NCBI GenBank assembly: GCA_964372025.1
Contig: CAYJPF010000004.1
Location: 1-54,227 of the forward strand
From: an uncultured Peptococcaceae bacterium
GTDB lineage: Bacteria; Bacillota; Dehalobacteriia; UBA4068
Direction: 5' to 3'
Length of the DNA stretch: 54,227 bases
Within the stretch, counting starts at the first letter, position 1. Each line of letters opens with the position of its first letter. This document shows positions 35,934 through 45,412 of this stretch, piece by piece. Below the pieces are notes generated by a model. It searched no databases, was not told the origin of the DNA, and was given only the letters and a program-made list of their open reading frames with translations. A program made the position numbers and the translations under genes.

Positions 35934-36785
35934 ATGGATTTATGGTTTTCGGAATATCATACAGATAATGTGCGCCTATCAATTAGGGTAGACGAGCATT
36001 TATACACTTCGCAAAGCCTGTACCAGCGTATTGATGTATTTTCCTCGCCCGATTATGGCCGCTTTTTAACCTTAGACGGATATATGATGCTAACCGAAAA
36101 GGACGAGTTTATTTATCATGAAATGATGGCTCATGTGCCGATGGCAGTGCATCCTAATGTTAAAAAGGTGCTGCTAATCGGGGCAGGGGATGGCGGCACG
36201 GTGCGCGAAATTTTGCGCTATAATACCGTAGAACATATCGATTTGGTTGAAATTGATAAAGAAGTGATGGATGTATGTCGCAAATTCTTACCTTTTACGG
36301 CCGCCGGTTTAGATGATGAGCGGGTAAATATTCATGTAGAAGATGGTATGCGTTATGTACGCAGGGTTAAGGATTTTTATGATTTGATTATTGTTGATTC
36401 CACCGATCCTTTTGGCCCCGGCGAAGGCCTTTTTTCCAAGGAATTTTATGGTAATTGCTATAAGGCCTTAAACGAAAATGGGATTATGGTTAATCAGCAG
36501 GAAAGCCCTTTTTATCATAAGGATGCCTTAGCTGTGCAAAGGGCGCATCGTAATATTGTGCAATCATTCCCGTTTAGCATGGCTTATCAGGCGCATATCC
36601 CCACCTATCCCTCGGGATTATGGCTATTTGGCTTTTCGTCTAAAAATTATCATCCCCTGCGCGATTTTAGGGAGCAGGCCTGGAAAGATTTAAAAATTAA
36701 AACCCGCTATTATAATACTCAATTGCATCGGGGCGCTTTTGCCCTGCCCAATTATGTGGAAGATTTATTAAAAGGAGTAGAATAA
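35934..36785 (+). CDS. speE: spermidine synthase-family aminopropyltransferase
   Basis: N-terminus LWFSE, then GAGDGGTVRE, DLVEID and VDSTDPFGPGEGLF, the hallmarks of SpeE. Confidence 0.88.
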   Translation: MDLWFSEYHTDNVRLSIRVDEHLYTSQSLYQRIDVFSSPDYGRFLTLDGYMMLTEKDEFIYHEMMAHVPMAVHPNVKKVLLIGAGDGGTVREILRYNTVEHIDLVEIDKEVMDVCRKFLPFTAAGLDDERVNIHVEDGMRYVRRVKDFYDLIIVDSTDPFGPGEGLFSKEFYGNCYKALNENGIMVNQQESPFYHKDALAVQRAHRNIVQSFPFSMAYQAHIPTYPSGLWLFGFSSKNYHPLRDFREQAWKDLKIKTRYYNTQLHRGAFALPNYVEDLLKGVE

Positions 36786-37648
36786 TGCTAAAAAGTAAAC
36801 ATGCTACTTTTTTTGATTGCGGCACTGATTATCAGGCTGCTGATATTGTAATTTTTGGTGCACCTTTTGATTCGACAACTTCTTTTAGGCCGGGCACCAG
36901 ATTGGCGGCTGCCACCATGCGCTTAGAAAGCTTTGGCTTAGAAACTTATAGCCCCGATTTGGATTTGGATTTGGCCGATTACAGCATCTGTGATGCCGGT
37001 GATTTAGAATTGCCTTTTGGCAATAGCGAGCAAGCTCTGGACTTAATAGCTGAGCAGGTTAGCCAAATTGCTGCTGATCATAAAATCCCGTTAATGATAG
37101 GCGGCGAGCATTTAGTAAGCTTAGGGGCGATTAAAGCTTTGCATCAAAAGTATCCCGATTTGGCGATTATCCATTTTGATGCCCATACCGATTTGCGCGA
37201 GGCTTATTTGGGGCAAAGCTTATCCCATGCCTCGGTAATGCGCCTGGCCTGGCAATTGCTAGGTGATGGCCGAATTTGGCAATTTGGTATACGTTCCGGC
37301 GAGCGGCAGGAATTTGAATTTGCTGCTAAACATACCCATTTATGCGCCAATAATTTCGACGATTTGGCTTTGGCAATTGGCCAAAATCAAAAGCGCCCGA
37401 TTTATCTAAGCATAGATTTAGATATCCTAGACCCATCCTTTTTCCCGGGCACAGGCACGCCGGAGGCCGGCGGGGTTTGTGTGCATGCCTTATTTGCGGC
37501 GCTAAAAGATTTAAGTGGGCTAAATATTATCGGTTGCGATATCAATGAATTAGCCCCCAATTATGATTTAAGCGGAGCATCAACGGCGGTTGCCAATAAG
37601 GTATTGCGTGAATTATTGCTAAATCTGTTAAAAAATAAGGAGGATTAA
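36785..37648 (+). CDS. speB: agmatinase-family ureohydrolase
   Basis: Arginase-fold Mn ligand blocks IHFDAHTDL, LSIDLDILDP and GTPEAGG. TAATG overlap with speE. Confidence 0.88.
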   Translation: MLKSKHATFFDCGTDYQAADIVIFGAPFDSTTSFRPGTRLAAATMRLESFGLETYSPDLDLDLADYSICDAGDLELPFGNSEQALDLIAEQVSQIAADHKIPLMIGGEHLVSLGAIKALHQKYPDLAIIHFDAHTDLREAYLGQSLSHASVMRLAWQLLGDGRIWQFGIRSGERQEFEFAAKHTHLCANNFDDLALAIGQNQKRPIYLSIDLDILDPSFFPGTGTPEAGGVCVHALFAALKDLSGLNIIGCDINELAPNYDLSGASTAVANKVLRELLLNLLKNKED

Positions 37649-37649
37649 A

Positions 37650-38855
37650 ATGGCGAAGATTATGATTATCGGTGCAGGTGGCGTGGCTAATGTGGCTGCC
37701 CATAAATGTGCACAAAACAGTGATGTTTTTGGGGAAATGATGATAGCCAGCCGTACCAAATCAAAATGTGATGATATTAAAAAGGCTATCGAGGCTAAAG
37801 GCACTAAAACCTTAATTACTACGGCTCAGATTGATGCCGATGATGTAGCTGCTTTAACTGCCCTTTTAGAGCAGGAAAAGCCGGCTTTGGTATTAAACTT
37901 GGCCTTGCCTTATCAGGATTTACCGATTATGGATGCCTGCTTGGCCGCCAAAATTAACTATATGGATACCGCCAATTATGAGCCGCCGGATCAAGCCAAA
38001 TTTGAGTATAGCTGGCAATGGGCTTATAAAGAGCGCTATCAACAAGCCGGGATAACCGCCCTTTTAGGTAGTGGTTTTGATCCGGGGGTAACTTCGGTTT
38101 TTGCAGCTTATGCCTTAAAGCATCATTTTGATCAAATTGATTATATCGATATCTTGGATTGTAATGGCGGCGATCATGGCTATCCTTTTGCTACCAATTT
38201 TAATCCCGAGATTAATATTCGTGAAGTTAGCGCCAAGGGCAGCTATTGGCAAGATGGCGCCTGGGTAGAAACCGAGCCGATGGAAATTAAACGCGAATAT
38301 AATTTCCCGGAAATTGGCCAAAAAGATATGTATTTGCTGCATCATGAGGAAATTGAATCCTTGGCAATTAATATACCGGGCGTAAAAAGAATTCGCTTTT
38401 TTATGACTTTTGGCCAAAGCTATTTAACCCATTTGCAATGCCTGGAAAATGTAGGCATGACCTCCATCGAGCCAATTGATTATGAGGGCAAGCAAATTAT
38501 CCCCTTGCAATTTTTAAAAGCGGTTTTGCCGGATCCTTCATCTTTAGGGCCACGTACCAAGGGCAAAACCAATATTGGCTGCATTTTCCAAGGCCAAAAA
38601 GATGGCAAGCCAAAAACTTATTATATCTATAATGTTTGCGATCATCAGGAATGTTATCAAGAGGTTGGCTCGCAGGCGGTATCTTATACCACCGGTGTGC
38701 CGGCCATGATTGGGGCGATGATGCTAATGCAGGGCATTTGGCAAGGCCCCGGCGTATTTAATATCGAAGAATTCGATCCCGACCCATTTATGGAGCAGTT
38801 AAACCGCTGCGGCCTACCCTGGCAGGAAAGTTTTAATCCCGATTTAGTAGATTAG
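37650..38855 (+). CDS. saccharopine dehydrogenase-family carboxy(nor)spermidine dehydrogenase/synthase
   Basis: 401 aa with Rossmann IMIIGAGGVANV and GSGFDPGVTSVF. Adjacent to carboxynorspermidine decarboxylase. SD AAGGAGG. Confidence 0.82.
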   Translation: MAKIMIIGAGGVANVAAHKCAQNSDVFGEMMIASRTKSKCDDIKKAIEAKGTKTLITTAQIDADDVAALTALLEQEKPALVLNLALPYQDLPIMDACLAAKINYMDTANYEPPDQAKFEYSWQWAYKERYQQAGITALLGSGFDPGVTSVFAAYALKHHFDQIDYIDILDCNGGDHGYPFATNFNPEINIREVSAKGSYWQDGAWVETEPMEIKREYNFPEIGQKDMYLLHHEEIESLAINIPGVKRIRFFMTFGQSYLTHLQCLENVGMTSIEPIDYEGKQIIPLQFLKAVLPDPSSLGPRTKGKTNIGCIFQGQKDGKPKTYYIYNVCDHQECYQEVGSQAVSYTTGVPAMIGAMMLMQGIWQGPGVFNIEEFDPDPFMEQLNRCGLPWQESFNPDLVD

Positions 38856-38862
38856 ATTATAT

Positions 38863-38936
38863 GGGGCTGTCGTAAATTGCGACAGCCCCAAAAAATTAAA
38901 AGTTTCTTTGCTTACTTTCTTTACAAAGAAAGTAAG
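38863..38936 (+). other. two stable hairpins without U-tract in the CASDH-nspC gap
   Basis: GGGGCTGTCG-taaattg-CGACAGCCCC (38863-38889) followed by A6, and CTTACTTTCTTT-ac-AAAGAAAGTAAG (38911-38936). Confidence 0.7.
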
Positions 38937-38958
38937 GATCTTTAAAAAGGAGGCCAAA

Positions 38959-40083
38959 ATGTTCAAAACAGAAAATATCCAAACCCCGGCCTATGTAGTA
39001 GTAGAAGAATTACTGGTAAAAAACCTAGAGATTTTACAACAAGTAAAAAAAGCAACAAACTGCAAAATCCTCTTAGCCCAAAAGGCCTTTTCGATGTTTC
39101 ATTATTATCCCTTAATAGCTAACTATTTGGATGGGGTAACCGCCAGCGGCCTTTTTGAGGCTAAACTTGGGCATCAGCATTTTAAAAAGGAAAACCATGT
39201 ATTTGCCGCCGCCTATCGTGATGATGAAATGGCCGAAATTGTCCAAATTTGCGACCATATTAGTTTTAATTCGGCTTATCAATGGCATAAGTTTAAAGAG
39301 CAAGTATTGGCGGCCGGGCGTTCATGCTCATTGCGGATAAATCCCGAATGTTCTACCCAGGAAGGGGCTATTTACGACCCTTGCGCTAAAGGCTCGCGCT
39401 TAGGAATTACCGCTGCCAATTTTAGCAAAAATTTATTAGATGGCTTAGATGGCTTGCATTTTCATACCTTATGCGAGCAAAATGCCGATGCCTTATGCCA
39501 AACTTTAGCTGCGGTTGAGCAAAAATTTGGCGCATATTTGCCCCAAATGCGCTGGCTTAATTTTGGCGGTGGCCATCATATTAGCCGCGCAGATTATGAT
39601 TTGGATTTATTGATAAACTTGATTAATAAATGGCAAAATAAATATGACCTGCAGGTTTATTTAGAGCCGGGCGAGGCCATTGCCCTTAATGCCGGTTTTT
39701 TGGTTACAAAGGTTTTGGATATTATTGATAATGACCTAAAAGTTGCCATATTAGATACATCTGCTGCCTGCCATATGCCCGATGTTTTGGAAATGCCTTA
39801 TCGGCCGCCTTTAGTAAATAGTGGCGTAGAAGGCGAGAAGGCTTATGATTATCGTTTAGGCGGCCCTACCTGCCTAGCAGGGGATATTATTGGCGATTAT
39901 TCTTTTGATCAACCATTAAAGCATGGCGATATCCTAACTTTTGCCGATATGGCTATTTATTCTTTTGTTAAAAATAATACTTTTAACGGTATTAATTTAC
40001 CTTGTATTTATGCAGCTAAAGATGGTGATTTGCAATTAATTAAGCAATTTGGCTATCCGGATTTTTATAATCGCTTGTCTTAA
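38959..40083 (+). CDS. nspC: carboxynorspermidine/carboxyspermidine decarboxylase
   Basis: Begins MFKTENIQTPAYVV. The PLP-dependent alanine-racemase-fold decarboxylase shows blocks GGGHH, EPGEA and GPTCLAGD. The ATG at 38959 follows AAAGGAGG. The track start at 38908 lies inside the hairpin region. Confidence 0.85.
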   Translation: MFKTENIQTPAYVVVEELLVKNLEILQQVKKATNCKILLAQKAFSMFHYYPLIANYLDGVTASGLFEAKLGHQHFKKENHVFAAAYRDDEMAEIVQICDHISFNSAYQWHKFKEQVLAAGRSCSLRINPECSTQEGAIYDPCAKGSRLGITAANFSKNLLDGLDGLHFHTLCEQNADALCQTLAAVEQKFGAYLPQMRWLNFGGGHHISRADYDLDLLINLINKWQNKYDLQVYLEPGEAIALNAGFLVTKVLDIIDNDLKVAILDTSAACHMPDVLEMPYRPPLVNSGVEGEKAYDYRLGGPTCLAGDIIGDYSFDQPLKHGDILTFADMAIYSFVKNNTFNGINLPCIYAAKDGDLQLIKQFGYPDFYNRLS

Positions 40084-40134
40084 TGCATATAATATGGTAA
40101 AATATAAGTTAAGACAAAAATGCGGAGGAAAAAT

Positions 40135-40596
40135 ATGAGTGCCATTCGGCAAATAGTTAAATTAGGGGATCCGATTTTAAGGCAAGATGCTCAAACCGTT
40201 AAGCGTTTTGGCCTTCAATTGCATATTTTGCTTGATGATATGGCCAAAACCATGTATGCATCCAATGGGGTGGGCTTAGCTGCGCCGCAAATTGGGGTTA
40301 GTAAAAGGGTTGTGGTTATTGATGATCATGATCAAAGTGGTTTAATCGAATTAATTAATCCCGAAATTGTGACTAAAGAAGGCAATGAACTTGATGTGGA
40401 ATACTGCCTTTCGGTGCCAAACCGAGGCGGCGAAGTGGAAAGAGCTACCAAAATTATCGTTAATGCCCAAGATCGCTTTGGCGAAGAATATGTATATGAA
40501 GTTGAAGATTTTTTGGCAAGGATTTTTCAGCATGAAATAGACCACCTAAACGGTCAGTTATTTGTGGATATAATGAAGCGAGAGGTGAAAGATTAA
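40135..40596 (+). CDS. def: peptide deformylase
   Basis: Motifs GVGLAAPQIG, EYCLSVP and QHEIDHLNG. The ATG at 40135 lies 6 nt after GGAGG. Confidence 0.93.
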   Translation: MSAIRQIVKLGDPILRQDAQTVKRFGLQLHILLDDMAKTMYASNGVGLAAPQIGVSKRVVVIDDHDQSGLIELINPEIVTKEGNELDVEYCLSVPNRGGEVERATKIIVNAQDRFGEEYVYEVEDFLARIFQHEIDHLNGQLFVDIMKREVKD

Positions 40597-41522
40597 TGCG
40601 CTTTATCTATATGGGTAGCCCCGATTTTGCGGTTAAGCCCTTAGAGCATTTAATCGCCCAAGGCTTTAGGCCTCAGGCTATTTTTTCGCGCCCGGATAAG
40701 CCTAAGGGTAGGGGCGGCAAAATGCAGCCCACTGCCGTTAAAGCAGCAGGTTTAGCCCTGGATATCCCGGTATTTACGCCTGCCAATATCAATAGCCCTG
40801 AAGCAATTGAGCAAATTAAGCAATTTAAGCCCGATCTTTTGGTGGTGGTGGCCTATGGTCAAATCCTCAAAAAAGAGCTTTTGGCTTTGCCGCCTAAAGG
40901 CTCGGTTAATTTGCATGCCTCGCTTTTGCCTGCTTATCGTGGTGCTGCCCCCATTCAAAGGGCAATTATGAATGGCGAAACGCTAACTGGCATCACCACC
41001 ATGTATTTGGCCGAAGGCCTAGATAGCGGTGATATGATTCTTAAAGCCGAGGTAGCAATCAGCCCCGAGGATACCGCCGGCAGCTTACATGATAAATTAG
41101 CAGCTACCGGTAGTGAACTTTTGGCGCAAACTTTGGCCTTAATCGCCGCAAATCAAGTAAAACCGATTGCCCAAAATCATGATTTAGCCACCTATGCGGC
41201 GATTTTAACTGCCGAGGACGAAATTATTAATTGGCAGCAATCGGCGCAAATTATTTATAATCAAATTAGGGGCTTAAGCCCTTTTCCCAAAGCTTATACC
41301 TACTATAAGCAAAAGCGGCTGAAGGTATTGGCTGCTAGCTGGCGCCCTAAGCGCTTTGAGGCCGCAGCCGGCCAAATTGTAGCTATCGATCGCCAAGGTA
41401 TTTGGCTGGCTACCGCCGATGACGAAATTTGCCTAATCGAGGTTCAACCCGAAGGCAAGGCCAAGATGGAGGCTGCGGCTTTTGCTCGTGGCTCGGATAT
41501 TGCCGTTGGTATGCAACTGTAA
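40596..41522 (+). CDS. fmt: methionyl-tRNA formyltransferase
   Basis: 308 aa with blocks FMGSPDFAV, VVVAYGQIL and NLHASLLPAYRGAAPIQ. TAATG overlap with def. Confidence 0.93.
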   Translation: MRFIYMGSPDFAVKPLEHLIAQGFRPQAIFSRPDKPKGRGGKMQPTAVKAAGLALDIPVFTPANINSPEAIEQIKQFKPDLLVVVAYGQILKKELLALPPKGSVNLHASLLPAYRGAAPIQRAIMNGETLTGITTMYLAEGLDSGDMILKAEVAISPEDTAGSLHDKLAATGSELLAQTLALIAANQVKPIAQNHDLATYAAILTAEDEIINWQQSAQIIYNQIRGLSPFPKAYTYYKQKRLKVLAASWRPKRFEAAAGQIVAIDRQGIWLATADDEICLIEVQPEGKAKMEAAAFARGSDIAVGMQL

Positions 41523-41549
41523 GCTTATTAGTTATTAAGGAGGATATTT

Positions 41550-42230
41550 ATGTTTTTTTATGATCCCACCTGGATTTTGATGATAATTGCCATTGCCATC
41601 ACCCTTTTTGCCCAAAGTAAGGTTAATTCTACCTATCATAAATATGCTAAGGTGCGTTCGGCTCGTGGTTTATCGGCGCATGATGCGGCTAGGCTGATTT
41701 TGGATTATAATGGCCTGCAAAATGTGCGTATTGAACAGGTTAACGGTAGCTTAACCGATCATTATGATCCCCGTGGCAAAGTTTTGCGCTTATCGCAGGC
41801 CACTTATCATAGCGATAGCGTGGCAGCATTAGGTATTGCTGCCCATGAGGCCGGCCATGCCATGCAGGATAAGGAAGGTTATATTCCCTTAAAAATCAGG
41901 GGCGCTTTGGTGCCTTTGGCCAATATCGGCTCCAATTTCTCGATGATTTTGATTATCATTGGCGCAATTATGGGTGCTGCTAATTTAATTGATTTGGGGA
42001 TAATCTTTTTTTCCTTTGCTGTTTTATTCCAATTGGTTACTTTGCCGGTGGAGTTTAATGCCTCATCGCGAGCTTTAGCCGCTTTAGAAGGTGGCAATCT
42101 TTTAAATATCGACGAAGTTAAACAAACCAAAAAAGTGCTATCTGCAGCGGCCTTAACTTATGTAGCAGCAGCTTTGGCTTCCTTATTACAGTTATTGCGT
42201 TTTATTATTTTATTTGGCAGAAGGGATTAA
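41550..42230 (+). CDS. membrane zinc metallopeptidase (Zn_peptidase_2-type)
   Basis: 226 aa with an N-terminal TM, HEAGHAMQ (HExxH) and C-terminal TM helices. Conserved position between fmt and rsmB. Confidence 0.75.
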   Translation: MFFYDPTWILMIIAIAITLFAQSKVNSTYHKYAKVRSARGLSAHDAARLILDYNGLQNVRIEQVNGSLTDHYDPRGKVLRLSQATYHSDSVAALGIAAHEAGHAMQDKEGYIPLKIRGALVPLANIGSNFSMILIIIGAIMGAANLIDLGIIFFSFAVLFQLVTLPVEFNASSRALAALEGGNLLNIDEVKQTKKVLSAAALTYVAAALASLLQLLRFIILFGRRD

Positions 42231-42242
42231 TCATAAATTTAA

Positions 42243-43604
42243 ATGAAGCAGGAAACTAAAAAAATCAGCGCCCGTGAGGCAGCTTTGCTAATTTTACAAA
42301 AAGCCGAGCAGGATCAGGCCTATCTTAATTTATTATTAAGGCAAATGCTCGATAAATACCATTTATCATTACAGGATAAGCATTTAGCCACCGAATTGGT
42401 TTATGGCTGTATGCGCATGCAGGCCGCCCTTGATTATTGCTTGGAGCAATTATTAAGCCGCCCTTTAAAGAAGCTTACGCCGGCCATTGCCAATATTTTG
42501 CGAATTGGCCTGTATCAGCTTATTTATATGGAGCGCATCCCGGATTCGGCGGCGGTAAATACGGCTGTTGATTTGGCTAAACGCTATGGCCATAAAGGTA
42601 CGGCCTCTTTGGTTAATGGTGTTTTGCGCAGTTATTTGCGGGCCGAGCAACCCTTATTGCCAAGCGAGGAACAAGGGCGTGATTATTTTATTCATACGCT
42701 ATCCTATCCCAGCTGGTTGGTTGATGAATTGCTAAAATTATGGCCGGCGCAGGATATCAAGGCATTTTTACAGTTTCATAATCAGCATCATGGGATTATG
42801 GTGCGCTTTAATAGTTTGAAAATCAGCAAAGCCGATTTTATCAAACAATTAGAAGCTAAACAAATTGATTTTAGCCCGGCTAAATTTAGCCCTGATGGCT
42901 TTATTTTGCATAATGGTAGTGAGCATTTAAAGCCATTTTTAACCGATGGCCTAATTTTGGCTCAAGGCGAGGCCTCGCAATTGGTGGCTTATGCTTGTAA
43001 TCCGCAGCCAAAGCAAACAATTATCGATTTATGCGCTGCCCCGGGCGGCAAAACCAGCCATTTGGCCCAGCTGATGGCTAATCAGGGGCGGATTATTGCC
43101 AATGATATCCATGCTAGCCGGGTGCAACTGATTAAAGATAATGCCGCCGCCTTAGGTATTGATATTATCGAAACCATTTGCGCCGATGCCAGCGATTTGC
43201 CTGCTAAATACCATAATTTAGCCGATATAGTGCTGCTGGATGCCCCCTGTAGTGGGCTAGGGGTTTTGGGCAAACGTGCCGATAGCCGCTGGCGTAAATC
43301 TAAAGATGATATTGCGCATATGCAGGCTTTATCTGCTAAATTATTAGCTGCAGCAGGGCAATATCTTAAATCTAAGGGGCATCTGATTTTTAGCACCTGT
43401 ACCATTATGCCGGATGAAAATGAGCATAATATTAAGGCTTTTTTAGCGGCTAATCCTAATTTTAAATTAGTTGCGATGACTAATTTAGCCGATTTATTAT
43501 TAGATGAAAAAGATAAAACTGCTGCTTTAGCAGGTATGATTCAGCTTTTACCGCAAAAGCAAAACTTAGAAGGCTTTTTCATAGCCAAAATGCAAAAGGA
43601 TTAA
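42243..43604 (+). CDS. rsmB: 16S rRNA (cytosine967-C5)-methyltransferase
   Basis: NusB-like N-terminal domain, SAM motif DLCAAPGGKT, and catalytic Cys blocks DAPCSG and FSTCT. Confidence 0.9.
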   Translation: MKQETKKISAREAALLILQKAEQDQAYLNLLLRQMLDKYHLSLQDKHLATELVYGCMRMQAALDYCLEQLLSRPLKKLTPAIANILRIGLYQLIYMERIPDSAAVNTAVDLAKRYGHKGTASLVNGVLRSYLRAEQPLLPSEEQGRDYFIHTLSYPSWLVDELLKLWPAQDIKAFLQFHNQHHGIMVRFNSLKISKADFIKQLEAKQIDFSPAKFSPDGFILHNGSEHLKPFLTDGLILAQGEASQLVAYACNPQPKQTIIDLCAAPGGKTSHLAQLMANQGRIIANDIHASRVQLIKDNAAALGIDIIETICADASDLPAKYHNLADIVLLDAPCSGLGVLGKRADSRWRKSKDDIAHMQALSAKLLAAAGQYLKSKGHLIFSTCTIMPDENEHNIKAFLAANPNFKLVAMTNLADLLLDEKDKTAALAGMIQLLPQKQNLEGFFIAKMQKD

Positions 43605-43605
43605 G

Positions 43606-44685
43606 ATGATTATTGCCGAAAATATAGATATTCTGGCTTTTAATGAAGCCGAATTAAAAAATTTTTTTAAAAGCCAAAATTTGCCGCCATTTAGAGCCGC
43701 CCAGGTTTTTAATTGGCTGCAAAATAAGGCTATGCTCGATTTTAAGCAAATGGCTAATTTGCCGCTTAATTTGCGCCAAGATTTGGCCGCCGCCTTTAGC
43801 TGCCAAATGCCGCAAATCGAGCATATCAGCGCCAATGCCGATACCCAAAAGCTATTGCTTAAATTGGCCGATAATCAAACTATCGAAACAGTGGCGATGT
43901 ATTATCAACGTGCAAATAGTCGTGATCGGGCTACCTGCTGTGTTAGCACCCAAAGCGGTTGTGCCATGGGTTGCGCTTTTTGTGCCAGCGGCCTGTTTAA
44001 AGATATGCGCAATTTAAGTGCCGGCGAAATTATTGCCCAGGTATTGCTTAGTAGCCAACTTGCGATTAAGCAGGGGTTTAGCGGTATTAGCAATATTGTT
44101 TTTATGGGCATGGGCGAGCCTTTGGCTAATTTGGCCAACCTAAAGCAGGCTATTATGATTTTAAATGATAGCCAAGGCCAAAATATCGGCCAAAGAAGGA
44201 TGACAGTTTCTACCTGCGGTTTAGTGCCGCAAATTTATCAAATTGCCGACTGGGATTTGCAAATTAACCTGGCAATCTCCTTGCATAGTGCCAATCAAGA
44301 TAAACGTCAACAAATCATGCCGATTGCAGCAAAATACCACTTAGATGATTTGATCAAGGCCTGCGATCATTATCGCCAAAAAAGTGGCCGCCGCTTAACT
44401 TTTGAATATGCTATGTTTAAGGGTATCAATGATAGCTTAGAAGATGCAAAATTATTAGCAGATTTATTGACAGGACGCGATATTCTTGTTAATATTATTG
44501 CAGCTAATATTGTTAGCGAAAGTAAGTATCAGCCCAGTAATCAGGCGGCGATTAAGCAATTTTGTGATTATTTGCAAAGCCGTAATTGCGAGGTAGCCTT
44601 AAGAGAAAGACGAGGTCAGGATATTGATGCTGCCTGTGGTCAATTAAGAAAAAGATTAGCTTTTAAAAATATATCGGAGGTGTAA
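43606..44685 (+). CDS. rlmN: 23S rRNA/tRNA adenine-C2 methyltransferase, radical SAM
   Basis: Radical SAM cluster CAMGCAFCASG, then GMGEPL and the C-terminal AACGQL. Confidence 0.92.
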   Translation: MIIAENIDILAFNEAELKNFFKSQNLPPFRAAQVFNWLQNKAMLDFKQMANLPLNLRQDLAAAFSCQMPQIEHISANADTQKLLLKLADNQTIETVAMYYQRANSRDRATCCVSTQSGCAMGCAFCASGLFKDMRNLSAGEIIAQVLLSSQLAIKQGFSGISNIVFMGMGEPLANLANLKQAIMILNDSQGQNIGQRRMTVSTCGLVPQIYQIADWDLQINLAISLHSANQDKRQQIMPIAAKYHLDDLIKACDHYRQKSGRRLTFEYAMFKGINDSLEDAKLLADLLTGRDILVNIIAANIVSESKYQPSNQAAIKQFCDYLQSRNCEVALRERRGQDIDAACGQLRKRLAFKNISEV

Positions 44686-44689
44686 ACCT

Positions 44690-45397
44690 TTGCGTGCTGA
44701 ATTTATCTCCCATATTGGGGTAGTTAGAGAAAATAATGAAGATGCCGTTTTTTGCGACCCAAAAGCCGGGCTTTTAGTGATAGCCGACGGCATCGGTGGC
44801 AGCGATGCCGGGGAAGTGGCCAGCGCTACCGCGGTAAGGGTGGTGGCCGAAAACTTTTGGGAAAACCCCGAAAGCGAGCCGGCGGAATTGATGCGCGAGG
44901 CTTTTTACCAGGCTAATGATATTTTGTATCGCGCCGGCCATGAGGACGGCCGCCATGGCATGGGCACAACGATGACCGCCGTTGCCATCTGTGATGAGCA
45001 GATTAAGCTGGTGCATGTGGGGGATAGCCGTGCTTATTTGCTGCGCAAAGATCATATCGAGCAATTAACCGATGATCATACTTTGGTTAATATTTTGCTG
45101 GCTCAAGGCAAAATTACCGACCAAGAAGCCGAAAATCATCCCCAAAGGCATATTTTAGTGCGTTCAATTGGTCAGGACCTATTGGTACAGGTGCAGGAAA
45201 AAGAACTTACTTGGCAAAAAGGCGATTATTTGCTGCTTTGCACCGATGGCCTTTATAGTTTAGTGCCGGAGAAGGAAATGCAAACCATCACCGAAAGAGC
45301 GGTTGATTTAAAACATGCGGTTGATATGATGGCAAAAACTGCTATTAATCGAGGCGGCTATGATAATATTTCGATAATTTTAGCTGCTTTTGAATAA
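44690..45397 (+). CDS. prpC: PP2C-family Ser/Thr protein phosphatase
   Basis: Blocks NEDA, VIADGIGG, GMGTT, LLCTDGL and DNIS. TTG start after GGAGGTG. Precedes the PASTA kinase. Confidence 0.9.
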   Translation: MRAEFISHIGVVRENNEDAVFCDPKAGLLVIADGIGGSDAGEVASATAVRVVAENFWENPESEPAELMREAFYQANDILYRAGHEDGRHGMGTTMTAVAICDEQIKLVHVGDSRAYLLRKDHIEQLTDDHTLVNILLAQGKITDQEAENHPQRHILVRSIGQDLLVQVQEKELTWQKGDYLLLCTDGLYSLVPEKEMQTITERAVDLKHAVDMMAKTAINRGGYDNISIILAAFE

Positions 45398-45412
45398 GTT
45401 GGAGGGATATCT

